Assembly: GCA_965216875.1 (NCBI GenBank)
Contig: OZ244207.1
Location: 7,360,001-7,424,000, forward strand
DNA: 64,000 nt
Origin: Rubripirellula sp.
GTDB lineage: Bacteria; Planctomycetota; Planctomycetia; Pirellulales; Pirellulaceae
Direction of reading: 5' to 3'
Below, piece by piece: positions 1 to 10,057 of the stretch. Position numbers and translations under genes: made by a program. Positions within the stretch are counted from its first letter, which is position 1. The number at the start of each line of letters is the position of its first letter. Below the pieces are notes generated by a model. It was not told where the DNA came from. It saw only the letters and a list, made by a program, of their open reading frames with translations, and did not search any database.

Positions 1-451
1 CCGCGGGCGGGACGGCTGCGAACAAACGCTGCGAGACGTGAGAAGTCACGTCAGCATTGCGGCTCATTCCAGCGAACAAACGCGCCTGAGTTTCCGGTGG
101 CGGACCACTGACCTGGAGCCAGATTGCGGGGATCCCACATTTTTCAAACACGACCTGCTGAACTTCCGCAGCACTTGCGGTGTAGATCATCAAAGCGGCG
201 GAGGCGTGTGTTGCTTTGAGGTGTTGCAGGATAGCGTCGGCGCTCGATTCGATCGATTCGACGGACAAGCGGTCTTGAGACACTTCGAGGGCGTCCGCGA
301 GTTTGCGGCGACTTCGCTCAAGCAACACTTTGCTGTCGGCGCCCGTGACCGCCACCTTGACGGGCTCGCCGTTGGCATCGGAGATGGTTTTGCACCATGC
401 GATCCCGCTGCTGAGTTGCTTTTCGGAACCGACAATAAAGACAACACTCAT
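1..451 (-). CDS. Hypothetical protein, N-terminal part only (runs off the window edge)
   Basis: Manual translation from ATG at 451 on the minus strand is open to position 1 (MSVVFIVGSEKQLSSGIAWCKTISDANGEPVKVAV...). It is missing from the ORF track because there is no stop in the window. Confidence 0.7.
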   Translation of the reverse strand, partial: MSVVFIVGSEKQLSSGIAWCKTISDANGEPVKVAVTGADSKVLLERSRRKLADALEVSQDRLSVESIESSADAILQHLKATHASAALMIYTASAAEVQQVVFEKCGIPAIWLQVSGPPPETQARLFAGMSRNADVTSHVSQRLFAAVPPA

Positions 452-581
452 GAAGCAAACGTTTCTGCGAAAAAGCTCAGGATCAGCGTGCGATTGTGCG
501 ACAGCTTAACGGATTGACCCGAGCACGGGGCGGCATGTTATCCTGCCCGCTAACTCAATGTCCCAATAAGGTTCTCGCTGC

Positions 582-1859
582 TTGACTAACTCGTCACCTT
601 CACCGTCGGCCGATGTCACGTCGGTCACCCTTGTCGCTTGGCAAGCGTTGCCGGCGATCGACCCGAATGCGGGGCGAAACATCGGCGGGCTTGAAACGGG
701 CGCGTGGCGTTTGGCGAAGAATCTCGCCGCGCTCGATGGAGTTGAGTCGTCGATTGTGGTCCGTTCGTCGAAGCGACGGTCGCCTCAAGTTGTCGACGGC
801 GTGCGCGTGGTCCCGCATGTGAACCCGAGAGAATACACCCGCCGAGATGTTTCACAATGTTTGGAGTTTGGTAAGGGCGTTCGAGTCAAGCAATGGTCGC
901 CAAATCTGTTATGGCAAGTTCCCTACCTCGGTGTGACTTGGCCCTTCCGCCAACGCGACCCCCAGCCAATGTCACCTGACCCGAGGTTGATGCCACATCC
1001 GACCGATCTATGGATTGCCTTGGGAGCAAGTCGCGACAGCGCGGGGGTTATCGCAACTGCAGCGGCGCAAAACAAACCAAGCATGCTGATGCTGCAATCG
1101 AACGCCGACCTGGACGCTCGCTACCTTTCCGATCCCCAGTGGCGGAACCCCTATGGCGAAATCGGTGAACATTGTCGGTTCGCAATCGACCATGCGAGCG
1201 TTGTGGTCTGCCAAACGGAGTGGCAGCGGGAACAATTGCGGCAGCGTTTCGATCGCGACGGCGTCGTGCTAAAGAACGCATGCGACCCCACACCTTGGCA
1301 AGCGGCGGCCAGACAACAATCCGCCAACAATAAACAGGGGCGGTATGTGTTTTGGCTTGGTCGCTACGATCAGTTTCATAAGCGAACGGAACTCGCAATC
1401 GAGATCGCGCGGCGCTGTCCTGAGATTCCTTTCCAGATGGTGATCAATCACCACGATCCCGAAGTCGAAAAACGCATTCTTGCCAATCGACCGGCAAACG
1501 TCACGATCGGCGACTATTTGCCCTACGACGCGCTTCCCGATTGGTTTGCGGAATCACGATTGCTGCTTTGTACGGGCTCGGCAGAGTATGAAGGTTTCCC
1601 AACGATCTTGTTGCACGCGGCCGCCACTGAAGTTCCGATCGTTTCACTTGATGACTTTGACGATTTCATTGCTCGAAGTCGTGCAGGCGTGACTTGCCCA
1701 GGAGGTGTCGAGGAAGCTGCCGAGGCCATCAAACGTTTGTGGCAGTCCTCTGAGTCGATCGATCGCCAACACGCACTTGCGTATTTGAAGGAGCACCATA
1801 GCGCTGACGTGATCGCATCCGATCTGGCCAATCTGATCGCCGAAACAACAAACACGTAG
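582..1859 (+). CDS. Glycosyltransferase family 4 (GT-B fold)
   Basis: N-terminal GGLE motif, 'WLGRYDQFHKR' and 'YEGFPTILLHAAA' (EGFP-like sugar-nucleotide binding motif). TTG start. Confidence 0.85.
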   Translation: MTNSSPSPSADVTSVTLVAWQALPAIDPNAGRNIGGLETGAWRLAKNLAALDGVESSIVVRSSKRRSPQVVDGVRVVPHVNPREYTRRDVSQCLEFGKGVRVKQWSPNLLWQVPYLGVTWPFRQRDPQPMSPDPRLMPHPTDLWIALGASRDSAGVIATAAAQNKPSMLMLQSNADLDARYLSDPQWRNPYGEIGEHCRFAIDHASVVVCQTEWQREQLRQRFDRDGVVLKNACDPTPWQAAARQQSANNKQGRYVFWLGRYDQFHKRTELAIEIARRCPEIPFQMVINHHDPEVEKRILANRPANVTIGDYLPYDALPDWFAESRLLLCTGSAEYEGFPTILLHAAATEVPIVSLDDFDDFIARSRAGVTCPGGVEEAAEAIKRLWQSSESIDRQHALAYLKEHHSADVIASDLANLIAETTNT

Positions 1860-2038
1860 CTACCTTCGCCAGAAGGTGGAACGCTCCGGTTAGCCGCTTT
1901 CCAGTACACTCCACGCTCTGGCGAGCGTAGCTACGGGAAGAGAAACTCAACGTCTTTGTGTAGCTACCTTCGCCAGAAGGTGGAACGCGTCGGTTAGCCG
2001 CTCTCCAGTACACTCCACGCTTTGGCGAGCGTGGCGAC
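1856..2038. repeat. Two tandem REP-like doublets, family A (GTAGCTACCTTCGCCAGAAGGTGG...CCACGCTCTGGCGAGCGTAGCTAC)
   Basis: Near-identical ~79-bp units at 1856-1934 and 1960-2038, each an imperfect inverted repeat. Related copies at about 18485-18556 and 57793-57869. Confidence 0.85.
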
Positions 2039-2053
2039 GGCGAACTGCAAGTC

Positions 2054-2290
2054 TCAAAACAGCGTGTAAATGAACGGCGCTGCTGGCGACGCCGAGAGGA
2101 TCGCGAGCCCAACGAGTGCGAGCGTCGCTAAAAGAATCGGCGTCAACCACCACTTTTTGTTGAAACGAAGAAAGTCAACAAACTCGCGCACGATTCCGGG
2201 ATCCGAAGCCGTCGCCAAACGTTCAAAGTCACTCCTGTCCTCTGGCGGCACCAAAGGTTCGCGTGAGTCGTTGGAATCGTCGTCTGGCAT
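2054..2290 (-). CDS. DUF5989 family small membrane protein (SxtK-like)
   Basis: 'KKWWLTPI...APFIYTLF' signature; third gene of the carbamoyltransferase operon. Confidence 0.85.
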   Translation of the reverse strand: MPDDDSNDSREPLVPPEDRSDFERLATASDPGIVREFVDFLRFNKKWWLTPILLATLALVGLAILSASPAAPFIYTLF

Positions 2291-2323
2291 TGCGCTGATG
2301 ATCTGTGAATCGATTCGGATGAA

Positions 2324-2722
2324 TCAGTACGTTTGATAATAGCTTGCAGGATCGTCGTCGTCTTCGCGTGCCACCCAATAGGAGTCGCGTTGTTCACAGC
2401 TGGTAATGCTTTTGCCAAAGACTCGCATCATGAATCCGATGGGTGTGACAACGAGATAGAAGAGCATTCCCAAGAGAAGGATCGTCAGCATCCATTGGAT
2501 CGGAGCGGTGAGAAGTCGAAAAGCGTCATAGATCGGACGCTGACTTGCAGGAAACGCGTAGTAGACGAAGAGTAGTCCGATTGCCGAGACGCCCAGGGCG
2601 ATCGCTGTCGAAGTTGCTTGGAAACGCCATTCGACGACGAATGTGATTGCCGCGAGGAACGCGGCCAAGACGAACCCGAAGGATCGCAATTGGCGGTTGG
2701 TGAGTGTGTGGGACGTGAACAT
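2324..2722 (-). CDS. SxtJ family membrane protein
   Basis: 'RQLRSFG', TM helices, 'ILLLGMLFYLVVTPIGFMMR' and 'SYW...YYQTY'. Start trimmed to ATG 2722, 7 bp after the upstream stop. Confidence 0.85.
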   Translation of the reverse strand: MFTSHTLTNRQLRSFGFVLAAFLAAITFVVEWRFQATSTAIALGVSAIGLLFVYYAFPASQRPIYDAFRLLTAPIQWMLTILLLGMLFYLVVTPIGFMMRVFGKSITSCEQRDSYWVAREDDDDPASYYQTY

Positions 2723-2729
2723 GGTTGCC

Positions 2730-4562
2730 CTAATCGTTGTGGGCTTGAACGGATGGTTGGTCGGCGAAACGTGCCACCAAGGCACTTGGTTGTTTTGCTT
2801 TGGTCAGAACAAAATCCTCGATCACCAGAACATCCATTTGCGTTTTCATGAAGCAACGAATGGCATCTTCGGGTGAGCAAACGATCGGTTCACCGCGCAC
2901 GTTGAAGCTGGTGTTGATCAGTACAGGGCAGCCCGTTTTCTCGTAGAACGATTGCAGCAATGCACGGAACGAGGGATTGTCGTTTTGATTGACCGTTTGC
3001 ACGCGCGCAGAATGGTCGACGTGCGTCACGGCGGGAATGGTGCTGCGAATATCGTTTACTCGCTCGAGGCCGGCATGGGCGCCGACGACCTCGCGTCGCT
3101 GCTGGCGTGCGACTTCAAAGACAAGTTGCATGTAGGGACTTTGCATTCCCTCGGGCAAGTCAAAGAAGTCGGCCGCATGCTCGAGCAGGATGGCCGGCGC
3201 GAAGGGACGAAAGGATTCACGAAACTTTGTTTTTAGATTCAGTCGTGATTGCATGTCGCCCGAGCGTGGATCAGCCAGGATGCTGCGGTTGCCAAGAGCA
3301 CGTGGGCCAAATTCCATCCTTCCCGAAAATCGGCCAACGATTTTTCCGTCGGCCAGATTGCTTGCCACGACTTGGGCCAATTCGCTTGCGTCCTGCACCC
3401 TTTGGTAGGCAGCACCAAATTGCTTGAGTACCTGTTCAACTTGATGGCTCGAAAAACGCGGGCCGAGCAAGCTTGCCTGTTGCGAATCCGTTGAATCCGG
3501 CTCGCGAGCATCGCCGAGTAGCTGATGGGCAATCAACAACGCGACTCCGAGTGCGCCGCCGGCATCGCCAGCAGCAGGTTGCGCCCACACCTGTTCGAAC
3601 GGACCTTCGCGGACAAGCTTGCCATTGGCAACACAATTGAGCGCGACGCCACCGGCAAGGCAAAGGTTGTTGAGGCCGGTTTTCCGGTACAGGTGATTGG
3701 CTGTCTTCAACACGATCTCTTCGGCGACGACTTGGATCGATGCGGCAAGGTCCATGTCCAGGGTATCGATCGAAGCATCGGCAGGGCGCGGTCCGCGGCC
3801 GAACAGTTTGTGAAAGCGAGGCCCGGTCATGGTGAGCCCGGCGCAATAATTGAAATACTTGAGGTTCAATTGAAAGGAACCGTCATCGCGAATGTCGACG
3901 AGGTGATCACGAATGACATCCACATATTGGGGTTCACCGTACGGCGCCAGGCCCATCAGCTTGTATTCGCCTGAGTTGACGCGGAAGCCGCAGTAGTAGG
4001 TGAACGCGGAATAGAGCAGGCCAAGCGAGTGTGGGAAACGAATCTCGTCGGTCAATTGAATCGTGTTGTTGCGACCGATTCCCAAGCAGGTGGTTGCCCA
4101 TTCACCAACACCGTCCATCGTGAGGATGGCGGCTTCTTCGAAGGGCGACGGAAAGAACGCGCTTGCGGCATGTGATTGATGGTGTTGGCAAAACGAGACG
4201 CGGCCGCGGTAAGCACTCTGAAGTCCACGTTGGATCTCGCGGCGAAGATGAAGCTTTTGGCCAACCCACTGTGGCATCGCTTTGAGGAAGGATTGAAATC
4301 CCAAAGGCGCGTAGCTCAGGTAGGTATCGAGCAGACGGTCGAACTTGAGAAGTGGCTTTTCATAGAAGCCGACGTGGTCGAGCTCTGCGGGGCTCAATCC
4401 CGCAGCTTGGAGGCAATACTCGATCGCCTGGGTCGGAAAGGATGCGTCATGTTTGATGCGGCTGAAACGCTCTTCTTGGGCCGCCGCGACGACCTTTCCG
4501 TTCACCACAATGGCCGCAGCCGCGTCGTGATAGAAGGCGGAAATGCCAAGGATGGCGGTCAT
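2730..4562 (-). CDS. O-carbamoyltransferase, NodU/CmcH/SxtI family
   Basis: ILGISAFYHDAAAA, EERFSRIKH, HHQSHAASAF, DGVGE, EYKLMGLAPYG, GGVALNCVANG, EFGPRALGNRSILA and NTSFNVRGEP motifs. Confidence 0.95.
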   Translation of the reverse strand: MTAILGISAFYHDAAAAIVVNGKVVAAAQEERFSRIKHDASFPTQAIEYCLQAAGLSPAELDHVGFYEKPLLKFDRLLDTYLSYAPLGFQSFLKAMPQWVGQKLHLRREIQRGLQSAYRGRVSFCQHHQSHAASAFFPSPFEEAAILTMDGVGEWATTCLGIGRNNTIQLTDEIRFPHSLGLLYSAFTYYCGFRVNSGEYKLMGLAPYGEPQYVDVIRDHLVDIRDDGSFQLNLKYFNYCAGLTMTGPRFHKLFGRGPRPADASIDTLDMDLAASIQVVAEEIVLKTANHLYRKTGLNNLCLAGGVALNCVANGKLVREGPFEQVWAQPAAGDAGGALGVALLIAHQLLGDAREPDSTDSQQASLLGPRFSSHQVEQVLKQFGAAYQRVQDASELAQVVASNLADGKIVGRFSGRMEFGPRALGNRSILADPRSGDMQSRLNLKTKFRESFRPFAPAILLEHAADFFDLPEGMQSPYMQLVFEVARQQRREVVGAHAGLERVNDIRSTIPAVTHVDHSARVQTVNQNDNPSFRALLQSFYEKTGCPVLINTSFNVRGEPIVCSPEDAIRCFMKTQMDVLVIEDFVLTKAKQPSALVARFADQPSVQAHND

Positions 4563-4736
4563 GAAGTGTCCAGCGTCGGTGGGGTGGCGTCGTCCACGAC
4601 ATCTTGGACTCGTTGCCTGGACACTACCCTAAAACCAACCCTGCATCGGGGCAAGCTTGTCCGAAATTTGACAAGTCGTCGGGAAAAAAAGCCAATCCGA
4701 GTTGGAACAAATTCGAATCGTCGTTAGCCTGGGGGG

Positions 4737-5390
4737 ATGCCAGCATCACACGCAGACTCGGGCGAAGCCGACTCCTATCTTGTTCAACGAATTCGTGAAG
4801 GTGATTCCGACGCATGGCAGGCGTTGATTGACCGTTACGAAGGTCGGCTGATGGCGTACACCGACAGCCGAATTCGCAATCGTGCGACGAGCGAAGACAT
4901 CGTCCAGGAAGCGTTCGTGGGATTCTTGATCAGTCTGCCCAACTACGACGGGGCGCGGTCGCTCGAAAGTTATCTGTTTTCGATCTGTGCCTACAAGATG
5001 ACCGATCATCTTCGGCGTGAAGGTCGGCGGCCGTCGATTCAAATGCATCGCCGCGGCAGCAGCGGTAGCGGGTTGGTTGAACCGGTTGGCGGCGACCGAG
5101 TCGCAAGTAGCATCGCTCGAAGTGTTGAGCGAAAAGAGATCGAAGAATCGGCTGTTCGCGAAGCGATTTCTGAACAGATTCAGCGTTGGAAGAGTAGTGA
5201 TGGTTGGACCAAGCTTCGGGTAATTGAATTGTTGTTTGTACGTGGTCTTCCCAATAAGGAAGTTGCCGCGAAAACGGACCTGACCGAACAGCAAGTCGCC
5301 AACTACAAAAGCGACTTCCAAATCCGGTTGCGATCGATTGTGCGACGCATGAGCCTTGATGAAGGCGTCTTTCCCGAGTTGGCCGAGTAA
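4737..5390 (+). CDS. ECF RNA polymerase sigma factor
   Basis: Region 2 'EDIVQEAFVG...LESYLFSI' and region 4 HTH 'GLPNKEVAAKTDLTEQQV'. Confidence 0.85.
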   Translation: MPASHADSGEADSYLVQRIREGDSDAWQALIDRYEGRLMAYTDSRIRNRATSEDIVQEAFVGFLISLPNYDGARSLESYLFSICAYKMTDHLRREGRRPSIQMHRRGSSGSGLVEPVGGDRVASSIARSVERKEIEESAVREAISEQIQRWKSSDGWTKLRVIELLFVRGLPNKEVAAKTDLTEQQVANYKSDFQIRLRSIVRRMSLDEGVFPELAE

Positions 5391-5471
5391 GATTGGGCCA
5401 ATTCCGCCCACGCTGAAGACCCGGCCTGGGGCCGCTTAGAGATCGGACGACCCAACTGGCGCTGCTCATTC

Positions 5472-6806
5472 ATGTTTCGCGATTTTGCCCAGCGAATCCA
5501 ACTCGACCGCCCACTCGCATATGCGTTGTCGAGTCGTGTTTGGCAGGCTGCCGCAGGTCCGGTCACGATTGCCTTGGTGATTCGTTGGCTTAGCGAAGAC
5601 GAAACAGGCATCTATTACAACTTGGTTCCGATCATTGGCATCCAAGCCTTTTTCGAACTTGGCTTGTTGAATGTTTTGATCAGCCAAGCCGGGCACGCCA
5701 ACGCAGCCTATAACGCGGCTCGCGATTCGGATGACTCGGACGCGATTGCAGCTGCGTCGTCACGCATGGCCGAATTGATTCGGGCGTCGCATCGTTGGTT
5801 TGGTTTGGCGAGCGTCTTGTTTCTGTTTGCCGCGTGGGTCTACGGTTGGAGTCTGTTTTCCAACAGCGATCTAAATTCGGGCTGGCAAAACCCTCTGCTA
5901 GTGATTGCTCCTCTCGCCGCAGTGACGGTTCTCTTTTCACCGTCGCTTGCGATACTTGAGGGGGCTGGGCAACGGGAACTGATCTACCGTTTTCGGTTTG
6001 TCCAGCTTGTCTGTGGCAGTCTTGCCGTCTGGTTCGCGCTGAGTGTCGGGCTCGGTGTTTGGGCAATGGTTTTTGCGGCGCTTGTCCAGGCATTGTTTGT
6101 GGTTTACTTGGCACTGATTCATCGACGCGATTTTTTTCGGCAATTCCGACGATCGGAAACGTCCGAGCATTTCTCGTGGTGGCACGACGTGATGCCGCTT
6201 CAGTGGCGCGCCGCTGTGATTGGTGCGGCGCATCACTTGGCGACGCAGTTCTTGGCCAACGTTGTCTTGGCGTATCACACCGCTGCCGAATCGGGGCGAC
6301 TGGGGATGACGCTCAGTATCACCATGGCCATCCAGATGCTTGCTCTCGCATGGGCACAGACCAAGTACTCGGTCATCTCGGGGTTGCACGGCCAAGGCGA
6401 GCGTGAACAAGCTGGTACGATGTGGCGCCGGACGGCGGTCGTGTCGACAATCCTTTTGGTCGCTGGTTTTTCAGCGCTGATCGTCGTCATCCTTGGACTT
6501 GGGCTGTTCGAACGAGGCTGGGAAAAGCGATTCGTCGAACCGTGGCACCTGGCAATCCTTGGTGTTGGCTGTCTCGCCAATCATCTGGTCGCGCTTCAGA
6601 GTTTTTACTTGTTGGCTCGAAACGAAAAGCCAATGGTCGCGGCTTCGGTGCCTGGACTGTTGGTGACCGCCGCATGCGTTTGGGTCGGCGGGTATCACTA
6701 CGGCACGTCAGGTGTTGTGGTCGCGTTCGCCGTCGGTTTGGGGTTGATCCTGTTGCCGATGCATACGATTGGCTACCTGCGGCGACGCGCGAACGTCGCC
6801 AGCTGA
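5472..6806 (+). CDS. Wzx-like polysaccharide flippase (MOP superfamily)
   Basis: About 12 TM segments; 'LSEDETGIYY...FFELGL' pattern typical of O-antigen exporters. Confidence 0.75.
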   Translation: MFRDFAQRIQLDRPLAYALSSRVWQAAAGPVTIALVIRWLSEDETGIYYNLVPIIGIQAFFELGLLNVLISQAGHANAAYNAARDSDDSDAIAAASSRMAELIRASHRWFGLASVLFLFAAWVYGWSLFSNSDLNSGWQNPLLVIAPLAAVTVLFSPSLAILEGAGQRELIYRFRFVQLVCGSLAVWFALSVGLGVWAMVFAALVQALFVVYLALIHRRDFFRQFRRSETSEHFSWWHDVMPLQWRAAVIGAAHHLATQFLANVVLAYHTAAESGRLGMTLSITMAIQMLALAWAQTKYSVISGLHGQGEREQAGTMWRRTAVVSTILLVAGFSALIVVILGLGLFERGWEKRFVEPWHLAILGVGCLANHLVALQSFYLLARNEKPMVAASVPGLLVTAACVWVGGYHYGTSGVVVAFAVGLGLILLPMHTIGYLRRRANVAS

Positions 6807-6824
6807 AGAAACTCGTGGTTTTGG

Positions 6825-9767
6825 CTATTCCGGTGCCGGTGGCGTGAGAGGGGACGAGATCAGGTAACCGGACCAGAACAGTGGTTCATTTCCGCTTAGA
6901 TCGGGTACGGCCTGGTCGGCTTTGGTCAACAACGGCTCGGCGATCGGATCGAGGTTGGCACTGCGTAAAATCATCCGCGCCCGTTGCCACGATTTGAACA
7001 GTCCACCGAACGGCAGTTCCTGGACAAGTTCTCGCATAGCAAGTGCGGTTGATTCGCCACCGACAGGCCAGCGGCTGAGCATCACGTCACGAACGCCGGC
7101 GCTGTGCAAGCCGCAAAGGGTGACAAACAGTTCTTGTCCCGTTCCAGTTTGGCTGACGTCGACCGGTGTGCGGAAGCCCGGCAGCACGACGGTTCGCGGA
7201 ACGGTGGCCGGAAAACGCGTCCAGCCTGCGATCGTTCCGGCCGGATTGTTTTGGTCGTAGCCAGCAACGCTTGTCGCCAGTAGTGACTTCATGTTCGGTG
7301 TGCGCACGCCGCCAACAACAAGGTGTCCGACTGAATCCCCCAACAGCCCCGTGGGCGTGTCGGAAGATTCGGGCAAACGAACGGGCTCGGCGATCACGTC
7401 CACAATCGACTGGGCAATCACTTCATTCTGGTCGGGATCGCGCGGTGCAAAGAAGGATTCGGTCGCGACGCCAATCGCACGACTTTGCGGCGGCATGGCT
7501 GTCGGATAGAAAGCGAATCCGGGAGTGGGGGCGTAACGAACTCGCATCACGTCACAAATCAGATCAGATTCTTCGCCACCAACCGGCAAGACTTCAAAGG
7601 GCAGGTACCACAGAGCGCCATCGGGAACGACGATCAGTTCATCAATGCGGTCTGACGTGACGGTTGCATCATCGGGCAACAGTTTTCTTCGCAGGGTCAC
7701 CGCAGCCTTGCGCCACGAATCGTTTTCGGGGAGTCGGTTTCCGCGTGGTTTACCGACACCGTAGCTCGAGAGTAACGCGTTGATTTCGCCAGCGAGTCGC
7801 TTTGTCGAGGGGACCTTCCAGGTTGAGGTCCGTCCGTCGACCGAAAACGTTGCGTGCACGCGATTGCCGACTTCGACGAACATCAGCATGGCGGTTCGCG
7901 GCGGGAGTTTTGTCAGGGGCAGCTTTTCGTCAAGCTGCGGTGGCATCGACAGGGGAAGGTGATGCTTGGACAGTGCGACTGCGCAAGCGCCCGCTTCGAG
8001 TTTCTGAGAAGTGATTGCGTTGGGCTGAGCCGCGGCGTTTGCGGCGCCACGAAGTTCTTTGAATTGGGGCGGCGCGGTTTTGCGAAACTCAACCGCCTCT
8101 TTGCTCAGCAGCATTTCTTCCGAACGTGCCAGATGACGCACTTGAGCAATGCGTCCACCCAGCGGGAGACGTTGACGGAACCTTGCGGCAAACAGATCGT
8201 TGGCTCGCTTCAGGACTGCTTCGCCATCACTTTGCGACGCAGCGAGTTGCAAACGCAGGAGCGCAAGCTTTTCGCGGTCGGCCATCACCGAAGCCAAGGC
8301 GTTGACCGCGTCACGACGCCAGACATCGGGTGCTGGGTCGTTGACATAGATCTTCAAAAGATCGTCGCTCGATTTTCCGCCCAGGCTCGTGCCCGTTGCC
8401 GCACGCACCAATTCGATTTGGTAGATCCGTGGCATCGATACAAAGACTTGCCGGCTTCGCGATCGGTTATTGAACGCAAAGTTCTGAATCTGGCTGATCG
8501 CTGCATCGAGTTCGGTGGGAGCGTTGATCCCGACCGAGTTCCCCTTAGCAGCGGCTATACGAGCGGCGACGTAGCTCGCGTAGGTCTCGACGCGCGGCAT
8601 CATTACGTCGCGCCGCGCGGCCAACGTCCTGGCTTGTTCGAGCAAGACGATGGCAGCTTCGATGTTACCGGCAGAGACGGCTGCGTCAGCGCCCGCGACC
8701 AAACAATGAAGTGCTGCGAATCGTGAACGACGATGAATGCCAGCTGCAACTTTGGTCGCTGCTTGTCGTACCAAATCGGCTTGTTCCGGTGTGGTCGCAC
8801 ACCCTGCGGCGATCTGCATCGCCTCGCCCATCCATTCAGGTTGACGTAGCGCTGCCGCCGAGTTGGTCGCAGAAATCGCGAGCGGAACCGCGGTGGCTGG
8901 GTTTTTCGATCCCGCCAGCGCGGAACAGTTCGTCACCATCGCGATCGCGGTGATCGGATGCACGCCTCCGTTGAAGGTCACGGATTGTTGTGCTTCAGCA
9001 ACCGCTTGCTGGTCATCGTGCAGAGCGAAACGGACACTTGAACGCATCGAACCAACGAGCGATCGGACGATTGGCAGATTGGCCCCAGCTGGATACTTGG
9101 TCGCGTCCAACAAGCCAACTGCAAGTGGATCTTGGATGGAGAGCTGACCCAAGATGACGCGCCGCCGGTATGCGGCGATCGCCAACCCACGCATCAATTC
9201 GACGATGTCCATCGGACGCAGGGTGGGTTCTTCGATCGCTCCGCCTCGACGAATGTCATTGGCGTTCACCAATTTGCCTGCGCCATACATGATCTTGTCG
9301 GAGACAGACACACGTTGGATTGCAGCTGCTTCAGGCCAAAGTCCAGCGTCCTGTGGGACGACGCCCGCTTGCAGTGTCTGATCCCAACCTACTTTGGACA
9401 GCCAACCACGATTGCGTATCGCGATCTGAAAAACTTCGTCCACCGCCTGCCGAGCTGCAACGACATTTCCAAGTTGCCAGTAACACTCGGCACGCATCGC
9501 CAGCACAGGGATCGAATCAATCCACCTGCCATTGATGTCGCGTCGAGTCGGCACGCGCTCGAACATGTCGGTCGCGGACTTGAGGTCACCGCTGCGATAA
9601 ATGTCCAAGGCGAGGTAATACGACTGGTGCGGGTAAGTCCCCGGAGGTTCGGTGCCGCCGAGCACACCCTGAGCGGAAACGCCCTGGCACAACAAACCAA
9701 CAAGACATGCCATTCCAATCAAACGCTTTGAGATTGACCGGAAAGCGGTATCGCCATCAAGTTTCAT
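6825..9767 (-). CDS. Exported TPR-like/helical protein with C-terminal CHAT (caspase-like) domain
   Basis: Signal peptide; 'LIVVPDGALWYLPFEVL', 'AGVRDVMLSRWPVG' and 'PLFWSGY' CHAT motifs. Confidence 0.8.
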   Translation of the reverse strand: MKLDGDTAFRSISKRLIGMACLVGLLCQGVSAQGVLGGTEPPGTYPHQSYYLALDIYRSGDLKSATDMFERVPTRRDINGRWIDSIPVLAMRAECYWQLGNVVAARQAVDEVFQIAIRNRGWLSKVGWDQTLQAGVVPQDAGLWPEAAAIQRVSVSDKIMYGAGKLVNANDIRRGGAIEEPTLRPMDIVELMRGLAIAAYRRRVILGQLSIQDPLAVGLLDATKYPAGANLPIVRSLVGSMRSSVRFALHDDQQAVAEAQQSVTFNGGVHPITAIAMVTNCSALAGSKNPATAVPLAISATNSAAALRQPEWMGEAMQIAAGCATTPEQADLVRQAATKVAAGIHRRSRFAALHCLVAGADAAVSAGNIEAAIVLLEQARTLAARRDVMMPRVETYASYVAARIAAAKGNSVGINAPTELDAAISQIQNFAFNNRSRSRQVFVSMPRIYQIELVRAATGTSLGGKSSDDLLKIYVNDPAPDVWRRDAVNALASVMADREKLALLRLQLAASQSDGEAVLKRANDLFAARFRQRLPLGGRIAQVRHLARSEEMLLSKEAVEFRKTAPPQFKELRGAANAAAQPNAITSQKLEAGACAVALSKHHLPLSMPPQLDEKLPLTKLPPRTAMLMFVEVGNRVHATFSVDGRTSTWKVPSTKRLAGEINALLSSYGVGKPRGNRLPENDSWRKAAVTLRRKLLPDDATVTSDRIDELIVVPDGALWYLPFEVLPVGGEESDLICDVMRVRYAPTPGFAFYPTAMPPQSRAIGVATESFFAPRDPDQNEVIAQSIVDVIAEPVRLPESSDTPTGLLGDSVGHLVVGGVRTPNMKSLLATSVAGYDQNNPAGTIAGWTRFPATVPRTVVLPGFRTPVDVSQTGTGQELFVTLCGLHSAGVRDVMLSRWPVGGESTALAMRELVQELPFGGLFKSWQRARMILRSANLDPIAEPLLTKADQAVPDLSGNEPLFWSGYLISSPLTPPAPE

Positions 9768-9934
9768 AGGTGAGGCCTGAGAAAAGCAAAGAGAGACGCT
9801 TGCAGAAACACAGCAACCGCGCGTTATTACCGACGCGGTGGATCGAAGATCGAAGTCTGCCTGGCACCATATGCCATCCTAAAGTGCGAGCCGATCGGCG
9901 TCGAATGTTTTCTTTTCTGCGGTTGGTGTAAGCC

Positions 9935-9998
9935 GTTTGTAGTCCAGCTTTTTGGGCGGATAGAGAGAAGATTCCGGCCAAAGCTCCGAACTACAAAC
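9935..9998. repeat. REP-like doublet, family B (GTTTGTAGT...ACTACAAAC)
   Basis: Terminal inverted repeat; homologous to copies at 18402, 24669, 52153 and 55805. Confidence 0.7.
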
Positions 9999-10057
9999 TG
10001 GCGTCGAGGACGGGTCTACAATGATGCCAGTCAGAATCCCCCGAACGAGATTGCAGT

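Noticed and set aside
1856..2038. Possible CRISPR array
   Set aside because: Only two units, the internal segments are near-identical rather than unique spacers, no cas genes are present, and copies are dispersed elsewhere. This fits REP doublets.
2054..4562. Saxitoxin biosynthesis cluster
   Set aside because: Only the sxtI/J/K-like triad is present, with no sxtA, sxtG or other core genes in the window.
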